Positions 11,681 through 24,574 of a stretch of 64,000 bases of DNA are shown here, one piece after another. The notes under the pieces are model-generated. The model ran no database searches, was not told the origin of the DNA, and worked only from the letters and a program-made list of their open reading frames with translations. The DNA comes from Lama guanicoe. Lineage: Eukaryota. Location: contig MU054323.1 of NCBI GenBank assembly GCA_013239625.1, forward strand, positions 620,001-684,000, in the 5' to 3' direction. Position 1 is the stretch's first letter. Each line of letters begins with the position of its first letter. The position numbers and the translations under genes were made by a program.

Positions 11681-14519
11681 TTTCAAATCATGAAAGAGAC
11701 TGAAAAGCCTTCTGAATTTCCAGAGGCAGATTCAATTTTGCTTTGTGTAATTTCAGAGCTGCGTGTTTTCCTGTGTGTGAATGCCTTGAACACTGGTAAT
11801 TCCAGGACAGCTTTTATAACAGCTCTCAATTAACAAATTTATTGGGTCAATAAGAAACCTGGTTCCCCAGTCAGGCTGGGTAGCCGATAGTTGGTAATTG
11901 CATGGTAATTTTAGGTGGTATGTGGCAAAGTGCATTAACTGAATTTTTCTAAACCATCCACTTTATCACTGTGGGAAATTCTATGACATCCATCATGGCT
12001 GTACGTCAAAGCTTTTTGTTTGTTTGTTTGTTTTCTTACTGAATCTCCTTCTAAAACAAGAATAGAATCAGGATTCCAGTAACATTTATTCCCTCATCCA
12101 TCTGTTCTTCTATCCACTCATCCATCCAAATATCCATGGATACATCCATCCACTAGGACATCTATTCATTCAAAAGTTTATTTACTGCATGTTTTATGCC
12201 AGCCTCTGAACTAACTGATGAATGGAATAGAGATAATAGAACACAAATCCTTTCTTCACAGTGCTCTTGGTCAAGGTTGGGCAACATTATCTACCAACAA
12301 ATAACTCTCATACCAGACGCAGCTCTACCGAGGCCACCTAGAATTCTGAGAATGATTAAATAAATGCAATGTAGGTAACAGAATGGGCCAACAAGACCCA
12401 TTACTCGATTATAATTCAATGCGGCATTAATACATTAAAGAAAAAGGTACCAGTAGGAGGGCCATGGTCGTAGAAAAGCAGAATTAGGAGGGACAAATAT
12501 CAGAATTCATCTAACACTGATGCGCATCTGGACCCTCAACCACTGATTACTTACGGAGGCTGCCCTTCTCAGGGGTAGTATATCTTCCTTCCTCAAGTTC
12601 AGGGACTATATCCTTCTCAAGTCATTCTACTTCTCTTTGGAGTATAGGCTAACCAAACAACATGTTTGGAAATAATTTTAATTCTAAGGTACCAGAATTC
12701 CAGGGTGAGGCAGAGGGTGGGATATTACAAATAAAGTTTTCAAGTGCTTTAGCACCTACACCTGGCTATTGTCAATTATCAATGAATAGGTCAACAGTCT
12801 AATTTATTTATCAGTCTTCTGTACTTTTAGTTAATTTGACTCTGATTAAAGACCCAACAGATCAGGATCTGGGACAAAAACATTCAATTGATGTACTGTC
12901 CTTCAAGGGCCCTACCTGGAATTAGGTAACCCATTTAGAAAGCATTTCCACTTGCATCACACCATCTTCATTTCCTTTCCCATCTACCTTCTTCCCCAAC
13001 TCCATCAAAACATGGCTGATGCCAGGGTGGACGACGTCATTCAGACAAGTGGAGAAGTAGGTGCAAACTCTTGATGAGATTGAAATAGATTATAGATGGG
13101 AAGTGGAACTGGAGCTGAGCCTTGCGTGTGGGTATGATCTTGACAGGCAGGGAATGTAGACTACAGCACACCAGGCTGGAGGAAGCCTGTGAACCACTGC
13201 CTGGAGGTCAAGGGCAAGGTGTATGCAGAGACATGTGCCGGGGGAGGCAACAGAAGCTCGGAGAGTTAGCAGATGAGGATGCGAATGCTGATTGGCTCAA
13301 TATTATGGAAATCTGCACTGCTTTGTGAAGGAATTGGACTTTTCTCCTGGGGTAGTTGGGGTATTAAGCAGAAAGAATGATGTGATGAGAAGCAGTCGGA
13401 AAAATGGACTGGAGCCTGGAGGCAGAGAATACAGTTGAAGACTGTTGAATTGGTCCAGGAAAATCAGTTTCTAATCTTTAAGGCAGAATTAAAATTTCCA
13501 GGAACTCTGTGATGCTTTTTATATATAACAAGTCAGATTTGATTCTGAATCACTGTGAGTTTGTCCACACTCATAAGCTACTTTGTGTGTTTTGATTTAT
13601 TTAACTGGTTCTGCCAATCAAAACGAAAATGCCAGGAAGCTGTTTCACATGTATATGCAAACATATGAGAAATTAAACTCTGCTCACAAATATTTCCTGA
13701 GCCAGCATACTGCCAGATTTTTGTGGACGATAAAGAAAAAACATAGGCTATGGGTTTATTCCTCCTTTAGTTTACATCTCATTTTATGGATGGGAAAAAG
13801 GCAGGGCTGATCCAAGTCACAGGAAACTTGTCTCCCTGCTGGCCTCTGGACTGAGTGACCAGGCATCCTGCAGTTGGATCTGAGGCAGAGAAAGGTGAGG
13901 AAAAGTGGTTTCTGGGAGCAAGAAGCTTTGGGATGAGATTCTTTGGTAGACCTGGGATTCATTCCTGAAAGACCTTTCATGGAACCAGCATCTGGGTTCC
14001 GACATTCTTCTGGGAGCCACGTTTCAATGGAACATTCCAGAACTGTTGGGCACAGACACGTCTATTGATGACAGATTGGAGCACAGCCACACAGAGATAA
14101 TGCTGTGACCATCAGATACCAGACTGTATTCTCCTGAAGGTAGAAGGGGTCACTCATGGGGCATAGCGGATTGCCTGGCCAGAGGAGGCTGGGACCTATC
14201 ACTGACTTGTCCACGAACAATTGATGAGCATGGTCCCAGGGGATTTCCTGTCCTCCTAGGCTTTTGCCCTTTCCCAAAACCTGAACAGACAGCAGTTCTA
14301 GGTGGCTTACTTGGAGCCTTACTAGAAGCTGTTCTCAGGCAGTGATAAGCTTTGCATCCTAAATGCCTATGAGATGTGTTGAGAAGAGAAGCCAAAATTC
14401 TGGAGGCAAGAGTTCTAGGTGAACTGTCGGCCCCACCCCATCTCACCTGGGAGAATCCTGGGGACAATGACAAATATTTGAGCAGCATTTCTGCGTGATA
14501 AGACACTTTTTTCCTTCAT

Positions 14520-14729
14520 TAAAAGAAAATTGAAGTATAGTTAATCTGTAGTGTTTCAGGTGTGCAGCAAAGTGATTCAGTTATATATATATATATATAC
14601 ATACATATATAAATCTATTCTTTGTCAGATTCTTTTCCATTACAGGTTATTACAGGATATTGAGTATAGTTCCCTGTGCTATACAGTTGGCCTCTGTTGG
14701 TTATCTATGTGGAATCTAAAAAAAAAAAA
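14520..14729 (-). mobile_element. 5'-truncated LINE-1 3' end (artiodactyl type) with a short inverted segment
   Basis: ttgaagtatagtt...gcaaagtgattcagttata...ttccctgtgctatacag is an antisense L1 3'UTR; tatgtggaatct(A)12 at about 14707-14729 is sense-orientation L1. Confidence 0.8.
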
Positions 14730-15329
14730 GTCACACACATAAAAAAATGGTAGAGTAGGATTCGAACTTGCATCCTTGCTGCCAGCCTCATTCTCAGCAA
14801 AAAATCGAGTGCAAATGGTTCAGATTTAGTAGCAAGTGCATTTGGTTCCTTTCCCACTTGCCCAGCTTTCACGTGCGCTGAAATTATTACACTGATGGGG
14901 TTGGGGGGGTGGGTGAATTGCAGATACGACTGCTTTCAGAAAATGAGGCTCCATTGGGCGACCCTTTCTTACTGTCTCAGCCGGGAAAAGGAGCCCCTAG
15001 CCAGAAGGAATCAAATACTTTTCAAATGTCTCATTAAAATAAAAAGGTGATTCTTGCATTGGGACCATGATAAAAGACTACAAAGCAGCAACATGAAAAC
15101 TCTCTGGTCTACCCTCCTGAATAGGCCTCCGCTCCAGCCGCAGAATGAATTAGCGGCCACCCCATTATCTGCAAGCCTCAGAGAGTACAACCCAGGCTTT
15201 GATCTGCCAGTGTCAAGGAAACTGATAAAAACTCGTTCTGTTTCTAAGCTTTCCAGGCCTGAAATTCTCTTTTCCCTTCAGCACGCTATAAATGACCCTC
15301 TGAAGTGGCTGGGCATTCTTTTACAGCCT

Positions 15330-16020
15330 TGTGTCCAATCTATTCATAACCACGGTTATCAATTATTATACCAGCTGGAATTTCTGAGGGCCAGGAGGCT
15401 GTCAGGAGCTCTAATTGTGGTTCAGGGATAAAAGCAAAAACACACAAATTTTAACCAATCATAATTAACTTATTTTCCAAGTGCAAGGGAAAAAAAAAAA
15501 AGAAACCCTCCAAAACAAAACAACACAAAACCAAGGCTTATGAATCCCTCTCTGCTAATCACTCTTGAAAGCCACCATGGAGCGGGGAGAGGGGCGCTTT
15601 TATGGGGATGGTCGCTTCTGATTGGCCTGTGGCGCCAGGTTCCCCAAGAAGGAGCGAGGCCAATTGGCAACCAGAGAAGTTCTCAAATCATTGGGGCTTT
15701 CTTTCTTTTTTTTTTTTCTTAATCTTAAAAAACCCTCATTTTTCAAAGTAGCATGATGTTTTCCAAGCTTCTGACAGAGCTTTGAATAAAGAGGCATCAA
15801 TTTCTCATTGAACCCAAACAACTGATTGAGTGGTCCAAAATATTTCATTAAAAAGAAGTCCAGTGGCAGCTATCACATTAATAAAGGAGGCGCGTGTGAC
15901 CTGGAAGGGGGCCTGAGGGGTCCGATCCCCAGGCGCAAGGGCGGGCAGCCGGATGAGCCGGGGAAAGCCTTAGTACAGGGCCTGGTTCTTAGCAGGAGCT
16001 CGAGAGGCTAGCCGCTGTCC
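15330..16020. promoter_or_regulatory. Candidate promoter/enhancer: CCAAT-box cluster beside a CpG-containing GC-rich block
   Basis: CCAAT/ATTGG near 15334, 15455, 15621, 15660/15663 and 15690; no recognisable transposon. Confidence 0.35.
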
Positions 16021-16104
16021 CTGCCCTGCTCTCTTCTTAGACTGGCCAACCGCCAAATGTCTTGAAGGCATCTGGCTAGTGGCAAAGGCATCTGAATGGG
16101 GGGC

Positions 16105-16292
16105 CCATGATGTCATGGAAAAAGCATGGCTTTGGAGTGTGACAGGTCTCAGTTTTCAAGCCTCTTGGAGACTCAGTGTCCTTCCTTTTACAATGGTGAG
16201 AGCCTGCCTAGTTGGTACAGTTGCCATGGGGGTTAAGCGAAGCCCTCCCAGTGAAGTGCCTGACACACGGTAGGTGCTAAATAAATGTTTGC
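16105..16292 (+). mobile_element. MIR SINE
   Basis: ggaaaaagcatggctttggagt...gtgcctgacacacggtaggtgctaaataaatgtt. Confidence 0.7.
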
Positions 16293-16990
16293 TGTGGCTC
16301 CTGGGGGTGCTCTGGGGATGTGGTCTCAATAAATGTCATTTCTGGCAAAGAGCTGCCAAGATTCACCTCCACCCTCCATCTTGTTACTTAGCATTTGCCC
16401 AGAATCCGTTTATAATCCATGTTAGGCCAGAGGATCTGAGGATGGGTTAAAGCCTTCCTGCAGCAAAGATGCTGGGGACGAACATCAAAAGAAGAGACAT
16501 CACGGACGCTTTCCAGGACAAAGAAAACAGAATATTGACAAAACTATTATGCAGTATTGTTAATTCCACATGGCATATCTGACTGCAGAAAAATGATGTT
16601 TGTATTTTAGTCAATGTGTTTAGCCTTGCAAAAGCAACTTAACAAGATTTCACCAGGATGTGTTACGTTCTGCTAGGGGAACATTTCCTTAAAGCATTTA
16701 CATGCACTGTTGGAGCCTGTATTTGGAGCTGTGTTCCTCAGTGAGTCTAAGGTGGAGAATGAATCAGCCAGGAAAATGAGTATTAGCCGTCCCAAGAGTT
16801 GAACTCTGAAGCTATAACGGCTTAACGCAAAAAGGGTTGTTTCTCACTCGGTGACATTAGCTGAAGGTGGGCATCCTACTTACATCTTGTGGCCATGCTG
16901 TGGGGATCGTCGCATCTAAGGCTTTCACAGCCTGGGAAGAGAGGGACAGAAGAAGCACACAAGTTTGAAATAGCTTCATCTCAGAAGTGA

Positions 16991-17119
16991 CAATGAATAT
17001 ATGTATGTTCATGTATAACTGAAAAATTGTGCTCTGCACTGGAAATTGACACATCATTGTAAACTGACTATAACTCAATTAAAAAAAATGTTAAAAAAAT
17101 GCATACTCAAAAAAAAAAA
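16991..17119 (+). mobile_element. Young, severely 5'-truncated LINE-1 3' end with A-rich tail
   Basis: L1 terminus (gtataactgaaaaattgtgctctgcactggaaattgacac) flanked by TSD AGAAGTGA at 16983-16990 and 17120-17127. Confidence 0.85.
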
Positions 17120-18957
17120 AGAAGTGATACAATTTACTACTTCTGCTCATTCTGCCCTGAGCTGTTACAATGGCCTCACTCTGACTGCAAGGGAATCTGG
17201 GAAATGTAGGGAAGTTAAGGAGAAATGGGCTCTACCTTGGGGAACGTTGGAGGTGGTACCTTGGCTCTGTACCCATGACGTAGTGTGTTCCCAGGAGGGA
17301 AGAGAAGTGAGATGAGGCTGCTGGGATATACATTCCTGAATAGAGTAGCCCAGGGCATGAGATTGGGCCCCCCAGGAAGAGCATGTCGTCTCCATGGGAA
17401 ACTCAGCCTGGGGCAGTACCAAGGGGCTGGCACTTGGGGCCGGGAGATGCATGGGGTCTTCAGCATGAGGCAAGGATTTCTGGTTAAGCACGGATCAGGA
17501 AGGCCCACCAGTGCTCTGAAAGGGACTCTGGACAAGGGGCTGTCAGGACGTTGATTAGGGGTGAGGCCCCCTGCTGATGAACCTCGGGCTCAGAGCTGGG
17601 ATTCCAGCTGCGGGTGGAAACTTGTGAGAAGTGACCAGCACCTGGTTGGAAGGCTGGGCGAGCAGACGGCTTAGCGATGTACCATGGGGGTCAGATAGGG
17701 AGGCTGTGGCTTTAGGTCAATGAAGGGCTCACGGTGATGAATTCACCCCAGTGGACACCAGCTAGAGGAGCAGCAGAATATTTCCAGAGTCCGCTTGAGG
17801 GGAGCTTGGAGGTGGGACCAAAAAGCCATCAAGGTCAGGACGGGCTGAGCCTTCAGGAGGCAGATTATTTACACTAATTGCTATAAGGTCCTGGGCAGGC
17901 TGGGATTGGTAAAATACCATTTGCTCCCACATGGTGATAACTGAACTGATAATAATTCCTACCACTTTATTTCAATATAGTGATTTTGTTCAGCTTCTCT
18001 TTGATTTCAAAGATAAAAATCTGGAGAAAGTACAGGATCCGACAAAGGAAAGTCTGGTAGGGAAGACACTGGCACTAATTGTGACTCTGGCGCACACAGT
18101 GTTTTTCCTTTTCACCCACGAGCTCATTTGTCCCTCACCGAGAGTCTGCTAGGTGTGTAAGGGTTAGGTTTTTTCCCCCATTAACTAATGAGGAAGCTGG
18201 AATCTTTCAGGAAAGCCTGAGGGATTAGTTCACAGAGGAGCAAGTACTGTGTCTCAGGGCTGGAATTCAAATCCAGACCTTCTGATTCTTGCTCTCTTAA
18301 ATGCTGCTGCCCTTCGGCAGGAAGGAAGCGATGCCTGGGACAGCTGCAGTGGCTGCCACTCCTCCCCTCCGTCTCCACATCACCCCCACCCCCACCATCA
18401 GCTTTGCCATCCTCATCATCCTGTTCATCCTAAGGATAATCCCACTGCCCAGCCGTAACCAATTCGTATGCACATTCGTGTGCAAACGCTCACCTGATTC
18501 CTAACCAATACTGTTATCCAACAATAAAAGGTAATTGTGGAATGTGAAAACGGGATCTGTATTACTTCATTTTGTTTAGATCTCCTTGTTGGGCTCTCTA
18601 AGGGGTAGCAGAGAGGCCTTGATTTTATCTGAGAAAATGAATTTGGGAGGGTGAGAATGGGTCACTCGATCTATCAGTGAAGGGCCACTGAGCACCTACC
18701 ACACTGGGCGCTGGTCCAAGGCGAGGTGGCGGTGGAATCGTGGTGGACATGTTTCATTTTCTGCATTCGGGGTCTACAGTCTAGTTAATACTACATTTCA
18801 CTGAATCTCTGTAGAAGTGAATTCCTGGTTGATTTCAGCTCCAACGTTTACGAGGCCTGCTATTTCACCGTGAACTCCATCTTCTAACTCATCTCCAGTT
18901 TGAACTCAGATGTAGAGAATAGATATGAGTATACAGCCCCATGAGGATAGCCTAGAC

Positions 18958-19162
18958 CAGGGGTCAGCAAGTAAGGCCAATACCAAACCACCTGCATTTG
19001 GAAATAAAGTTGTATTGGAACCCAGCCACGCACTCATTTACATACGGTCTCCAGCCACTTTAGTGCTATACCTGCAGAGCTGAAAACTTGTAAAAGAAAA
19101 CATATGACCTGCAAAGCCGAAACTCGTTACTCTCTGGCCCAGTGGAGAGTGTCCTTACCTTT
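18958..19162 (+). mobile_element. MER58A-like hAT-Charlie DNA transposon
   Basis: caggggtcagcaa...aaataaagttgtattggaacccagccacgc...gcaaagccgaaa...actctctggccc. Confidence 0.8.
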
Positions 19163-19479
19163 GCCTTAGGTTCTGCCTTAGAGTCTTTTCTTATAGATGA
19201 GCGATTGTGCCTCTGTTTAAAGCCATGCCCTTCACTACGCACTCAACCCCGTCCACCCTTGTCTGTTCAAGGACATCACTCCAATGATTTTCCCTTCACC
19301 AGTACTGCACCTCTATTTCAATTAAAAAAATCAGAAGTTCAGAGCTATGAGTCATTTTATCTGTACTTATTTTGAATCTTCACTACATAGTCATAATGAT
19401 TTTAAATCACTCTGAATGTAAAGATAAAATTGACCAAAAAATACTGCAACTCTTCTGGATCATTCCGTCAAAATACAAG

Positions 19480-20990
19480 CATGATATTTCTCCTCCCATC
19501 TTAGAAAACAAAACCTAACAGAACCTTCTCCCAACCCACCAGTGACAGCCCATTTCTCAGCACTCTTTGCAGGACAATTTTCCAAGAGTTTCCAACTCTA
19601 ATTCAGCTTCTGTCACTCTTTCCCAAACTTATTCTAACACAGAAATGACTCCTGTTCAGGTCACTAGTGATCTCAGGTTTGCTACCAATGGTCAGTTCTT
19701 GGTCTTCATCTTATTTTACCTCCCAGCAGCAATTAATGCATTTGATCACCTCCTCTTCCTTACTCATTGTTTTCACTTGACTTCCTGAACATGGCGCATT
19801 CACGTCTCACCTCCTAGTTCACCTGCTTCTGCTCCTCAGCCTTTTCTGCTGGTTCCTCTGCTTCTGCCTCAGTCTTAGTGTTGGAGAGTCCAAGATTCAG
19901 TCCTTGATCCTCTTCTGTTGTCTCTTCACTCCCTCCTTTGATACTCTTAGTCAGTCTTGTGGCTTGAAATACAATTTCTGTGCTGAAGACTCCCAGATTT
20001 TTAGCTCCACTGCAGACGTTTCTCTTGTCTCCAAGACTTGTATCTCACCATCTACTCTACAGATATACAGGGCTCAGTTAGGCATCTCAAAACTGACCTA
20101 AGCAAATGGCAGTCTTAACACCTCCTCCTACTCCCACGGGAGTTGAGGCACTTCCATTCTCCCACACTTTGCAGAGTCCTCCATGACTCTTGTCTCACAG
20201 TTTATAACCAGTCCATTGGGAGAGCAAGTCAGTTCTACCCTCACACCCCCTTCCCTGCTCCCAGCTGGACTCCAGCTGTCGTATCTCATCTGGATTACCA
20301 CAGTAGCTTCCTAAGCTGCTTCTCTGCCTCTAGGCCTGCCTCCCTACCATGTCTTCATTCTGTTCTTGAAAGGACAGTCAGCTATTCCATTTAAAATCGG
20401 TGGGGTTACACTCTCCCTTTCTGTAGTCCTCTCCACCAGCTCCCCATTTCACTCAGAGTTTAAAAAACAAAAAAGCTTATAAAACATTCCATAGGACCCT
20501 ATGTGACTTGTTCTCTTGCCCTGCCTCTCTGACCCCGTCTATTACTCCTCTGTGCCCCTCAAACTCTACTCCAGCCACATTAGCCTTCTTCAATGCCTTG
20601 AACATGCCAGGCCTCCTGGTACCACAGGACACTTGCACTGGCTGTCTCCTCTACCTGGAACTCTCTTCTCCTAGATATGTGTCTTTGCTCGTTCATCATC
20701 TGCTCGATGAGCCTTACTCCAACTATAATTATTTAAAATCGCACACTGCCCCTCCAGCATTCTTGTTCCTCTTTGTTTTTTTTTATAGCACTTGTAATAT
20801 GTTTACTAATATACCATCTTCTTCACTTTCTTGTTGTGTCTGTTGTTGACCATGCATTTCCCTCTGCTGGAATGGCAGTTCTGCTAGGACAAGGGTTATT
20901 ATCTCTTCCTTTCACTGATTTATCCCATGTGCCATGGGCACACCCTGGCTTGGTGCAGGCACTCAACAAATATTTGTCCAAGTGATGAAT
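19480..20990 (+). mobile_element. LINE-2 3' portion
   Basis: Pyrimidine-rich L2 body ending in the L2 terminus gcaggcactcaacaaatatttgtccaagtgatgaat. Confidence 0.8.
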
Positions 20991-21514
20991 CATTAACTAA
21001 GAGGTCGCGATTGATTCAGATGACGAATATTGTTCTCAACTCTTCGAAAGAAAACACTGGCAGCAAGAGATAGACTTGGGAAACTGTCAGGAAGAGGCAG
21101 CCCCAGAACAACCCAGGATGTTTTGGCTTCCGTGCCGCTGACCAGCGGTCAGAGGTTCACAGAGCATGTGGCTGAGTGGGGCTCCCTGCACGAAAGGCCT
21201 GCACGTCCCAGATAAGGGGGTATCATGTGTGGTGGCGCTGGCTATAATGAGCACACGGCCTATTTTTACATAACAGAGGGGAAGATAATCCTACAGACGT
21301 GATGTAAAGGTCTGAAACATGTACCATCTCAGGGAGGCTGGCAAGTTATGCTGTTTACCCCAGGGACACCTCATTCCCAGACAATGTCTGAAAGCCTTAG
21401 GAAGGAATTGGTTGTTTCTGGCCAGGAAAGATTTCTTGTACTTTCATGGTATTCCATGAGAACACCACGAATTTGAATTTGAACTTGAAACTCACCTAGA
21501 GTAAAAAAAAATAT

Positions 21515-21650
21515 ATGGATTTGGAGTCAGGAGAAAGAGTTTGGAATTATGTCCCTATCACTGTAAAGCCTGACACTTTATGCAAATAATTTAACCTCTC
21601 AGAATCTCGATTTCCTTTGCTGTACAGTAGGGATAAAACTGTCTGCTCTT
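21515..21650 (+). mobile_element. MIR SINE
   Basis: ggatttggagtcag...ttaacctctcagaatctcgatttcc. Confidence 0.55.
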
Positions 21651-22321
21651 TCAAGACTGATCTGAAGAGAAGACAAAGCAACACACATGCGTTTTTTTTT
21701 TAATCAATTTAAAGTCCAATCTAAGGTAGTTTCTATGATTATGCACAAAAACAGAGAATGAGTGAATCAAATTTGTGAAATATTATTTAATTAGTAAACT
21801 CTGAAGCAGCTAAAAAATATTTACTGGCCACTTTTATGTTAAACCCGAGATGTGTTCAACATTGTGAGGGTTTGGGGGTCTGGGACAAGGTCGTTACCTG
21901 TAACGAGCGATCAGGCTTGTCCTACAGAGGTGCAGGCATAGAGCAAGGCCACACAGCGGTCCCGAGGTTCCGATGTGCACCTTCAGTGTCTCCCGATCTT
22001 ATTTGGATTGACGGATCTGTATTGACTCATTATTCTGTTCCAGGCTTTCTCAGATCGATCACTTCATAAGCTACAGTAACAAAGGAAGTGTTTATAGATC
22101 TAGTTTGCAGATGAGGAACAGTGGTCTCTGGTTGGTAGAGTAATTTTTCTTATATTCTATAGTTAGCAAGTGGCAGAACCAAGCTCTGAATTTTTCTCAC
22201 TTCAGGACTCATGATTCTTCCACAGTCCATCAGTGCCTTCTTTACCTGGAGGAATGTGATATTTTAAAGGAGGACTGTGAATCCCACACTGACACACGCC
22301 TGTTTCTATGAAGACAATGTC

Positions 22322-22670
22322 TGCCCTAATGGACTGAATGTCTGTTTCCCTCCATGGTTCATATGCTGAAATCCCAATCCCCAATGTGATGGCACTGGGA
22401 GGTGGGGCTTTGGGGAGATAACTGGGTCATGAAGGTGGAGCCCTCATGAATGGGATTAGCACCCTTAGAAAAGAGACCCAGAGGTCTTCTGCTCTCTGTC
22501 ACACGAGGATCCAATAAGAAAAATGGCCATTTGCAACCCAGAAGCGGGTACTCAACAGAACCCAGCCTGCTGACACCCTGATCCCAGACTTCCAGCCTCC
22601 AGAACTGCGAGAAACACGCTAATTGTTTACAAGCCACCCGGGCTCTGGTACTTTCTCATAGCAGCCACGG
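22322..22670 (+). mobile_element. MLT1A-like MaLR solo LTR
   Basis: tggactgaatgt...ggtcatgaaggtggagccctcatgaatgggattag...gacttccagcctccagaactgcgagaaa...atagcagcc. Confidence 0.85.
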
Positions 22671-23529
22671 CAGGGAGGAAACAGGGAAGTCTCTCAATGT
22701 CATTTGGGGCCATTTCAGGTCGGACACCCCACTCATTTCATTAAGAACAGTAACTTTTATTCAGAAGTCAAGTAAGATTATTCGGCAGGAAATGTGTTTG
22801 CTATCCACGTGTGTGATTATCCACATGCACTCACAGCTACACACGTGCATGCGTGCGGAGTGGTTAACGTCTCATGTCACCTGGTGAAGTGTGAACGCAT
22901 TGGAGCAGGAGACAAGGGACGAGAGGTCTAGACCAAGCTCTGCCACCAACAGGCTGTGATGCCCGCTTTATCCATCACTCTTCTCGCCCCCGTGAATTGG
23001 AGGAATCCATTTGTGGACTTCCCAAGGAGAAGGCTGTGTCTCCCTCCTGCTCCCGCTCCCTGTGTCCTTTACCACCGCTCCCTCCTCCCTCTGCCCTCTG
23101 TCCACAAAGCAGAGCTGCACACCGACATTCCGTCCGCACTGTGTTAACAACACAACGACAAAACAGACACGCTGGCTCTGCTCAGGGGGGTTATAGCTGA
23201 AGGAGAACAATGAGCAAGCAGTAGCCGTGTGTGATACATGTTCTAACCTGGAGAAATGCCCACACTTTCTGTCACTGCCCCAATTAGGGGGGCAATTTTA
23301 TTCATCTTGATATTTCCAGTGCTTAACAAGGGGACGGACACAAAATAGGTGCTTAGTAAATGTTGTTTGGACTGACCGGACAAACAAAAGAGTAAAAGAA
23401 GGAGGATGTTGAATTCTAAGAACTCTGGGTTCTTCTGGCTCTTTGATCTTAAATTTATGTGAAGGTGGGGATGCAGGTTAATCCCTTTTACAGTCTTGAA
23501 GTTTCTGCTTTTATCTTCCTTGGATTTCT

Positions 23530-23810
23530 CCATTCAACAAACATTTGTAAACATTTGTGCCCAGGCACTGTCCTAGAAATTGATAAATGGCATTAAACAG
23601 CAGAATCAAAGTCCCTGCCCTCAAAAAGCTTACATTCCAGAATCAAAATGAGAAATAGGCCATAAGCAAGCATGCAAGGGCCCACAGGGTAAATTCAGGC
23701 ACTGACAAGTTCAAGTAAGATGTCAGAGGGCAATGGAGATTCTTTCTCAGGAAGGATTGTTGGGGAAGCCTGAATGAGAAGGGAACATTGGAGTGGAGAT
23801 TTGAATGACA
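23530..23810 (-). mobile_element. LINE-2 3' end
   Basis: cattcaacaaacatttg...tgcccaggcactgtcctag...gtccctgccctcaaaaagcttacattc. Confidence 0.65.
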
Positions 23811-24574
23811 TGGTTGTTTATAAAAAAAATAAGCTCTTTATACCTCAAGTGACTATGACCCCAATGCTGGCCCTTCACACACTCCACAGAGAGATCTTGA
23901 ACGTGACCTAAGGCCTAAGGAATATGCTATCTTATTTTTGGCTAAACAAAGACAGGAGAATCGCAGCCCCAAATGGCTTTCTCCACCTGTTGTGTTTTCA
24001 TGGAGATTTGAATGATAACATTTGAATTATGTATCCTTTAAAAAAGGACTTTGTGGTTAGACCTGCCAAGTCTCTGCTGAACCAGGAGTCCCAGCACAGC
24101 GCATCTGTTCAGCCTGAAAAGTGGGATGTTGCCTTCCTTCTGAAGGGACTGGTTGTACAGACCTGAGATCTGATGTGCAGAGCGCTCTTTTGTTTTCAGA
24201 GAGCATCAAGCCCTGACTACTAATGCCAGACACAGGGCTGTGCTCTTTAAACACACTCATTAAGCAAGTAAAATGCAGTCTTCAGTTTCTGAGCTGGGCA
24301 TCAGGGAAGCAGCAAGCATCATGCCCCTGGGGGCATGTCGGCAATGCTGGGCAGCCACGAGTCTGTGTGTTTCGGGATGTTCTGTCTCTCTTTTTATAAG
24401 TTGTTTCTGGGCATCGACTAAGTTTCTGTTAAAGTTGAGGCTACCCTGTGGAGGTCTACAAATGTGGTGATTCTTAATTTCTTTATTATTTATGTCCAAC
24501 CCTTTCCCAAAGATCTGTGGTACAAATATAAGAATAATAGAACAAGACAAAAAAAAATGACACACCATTTTTGT

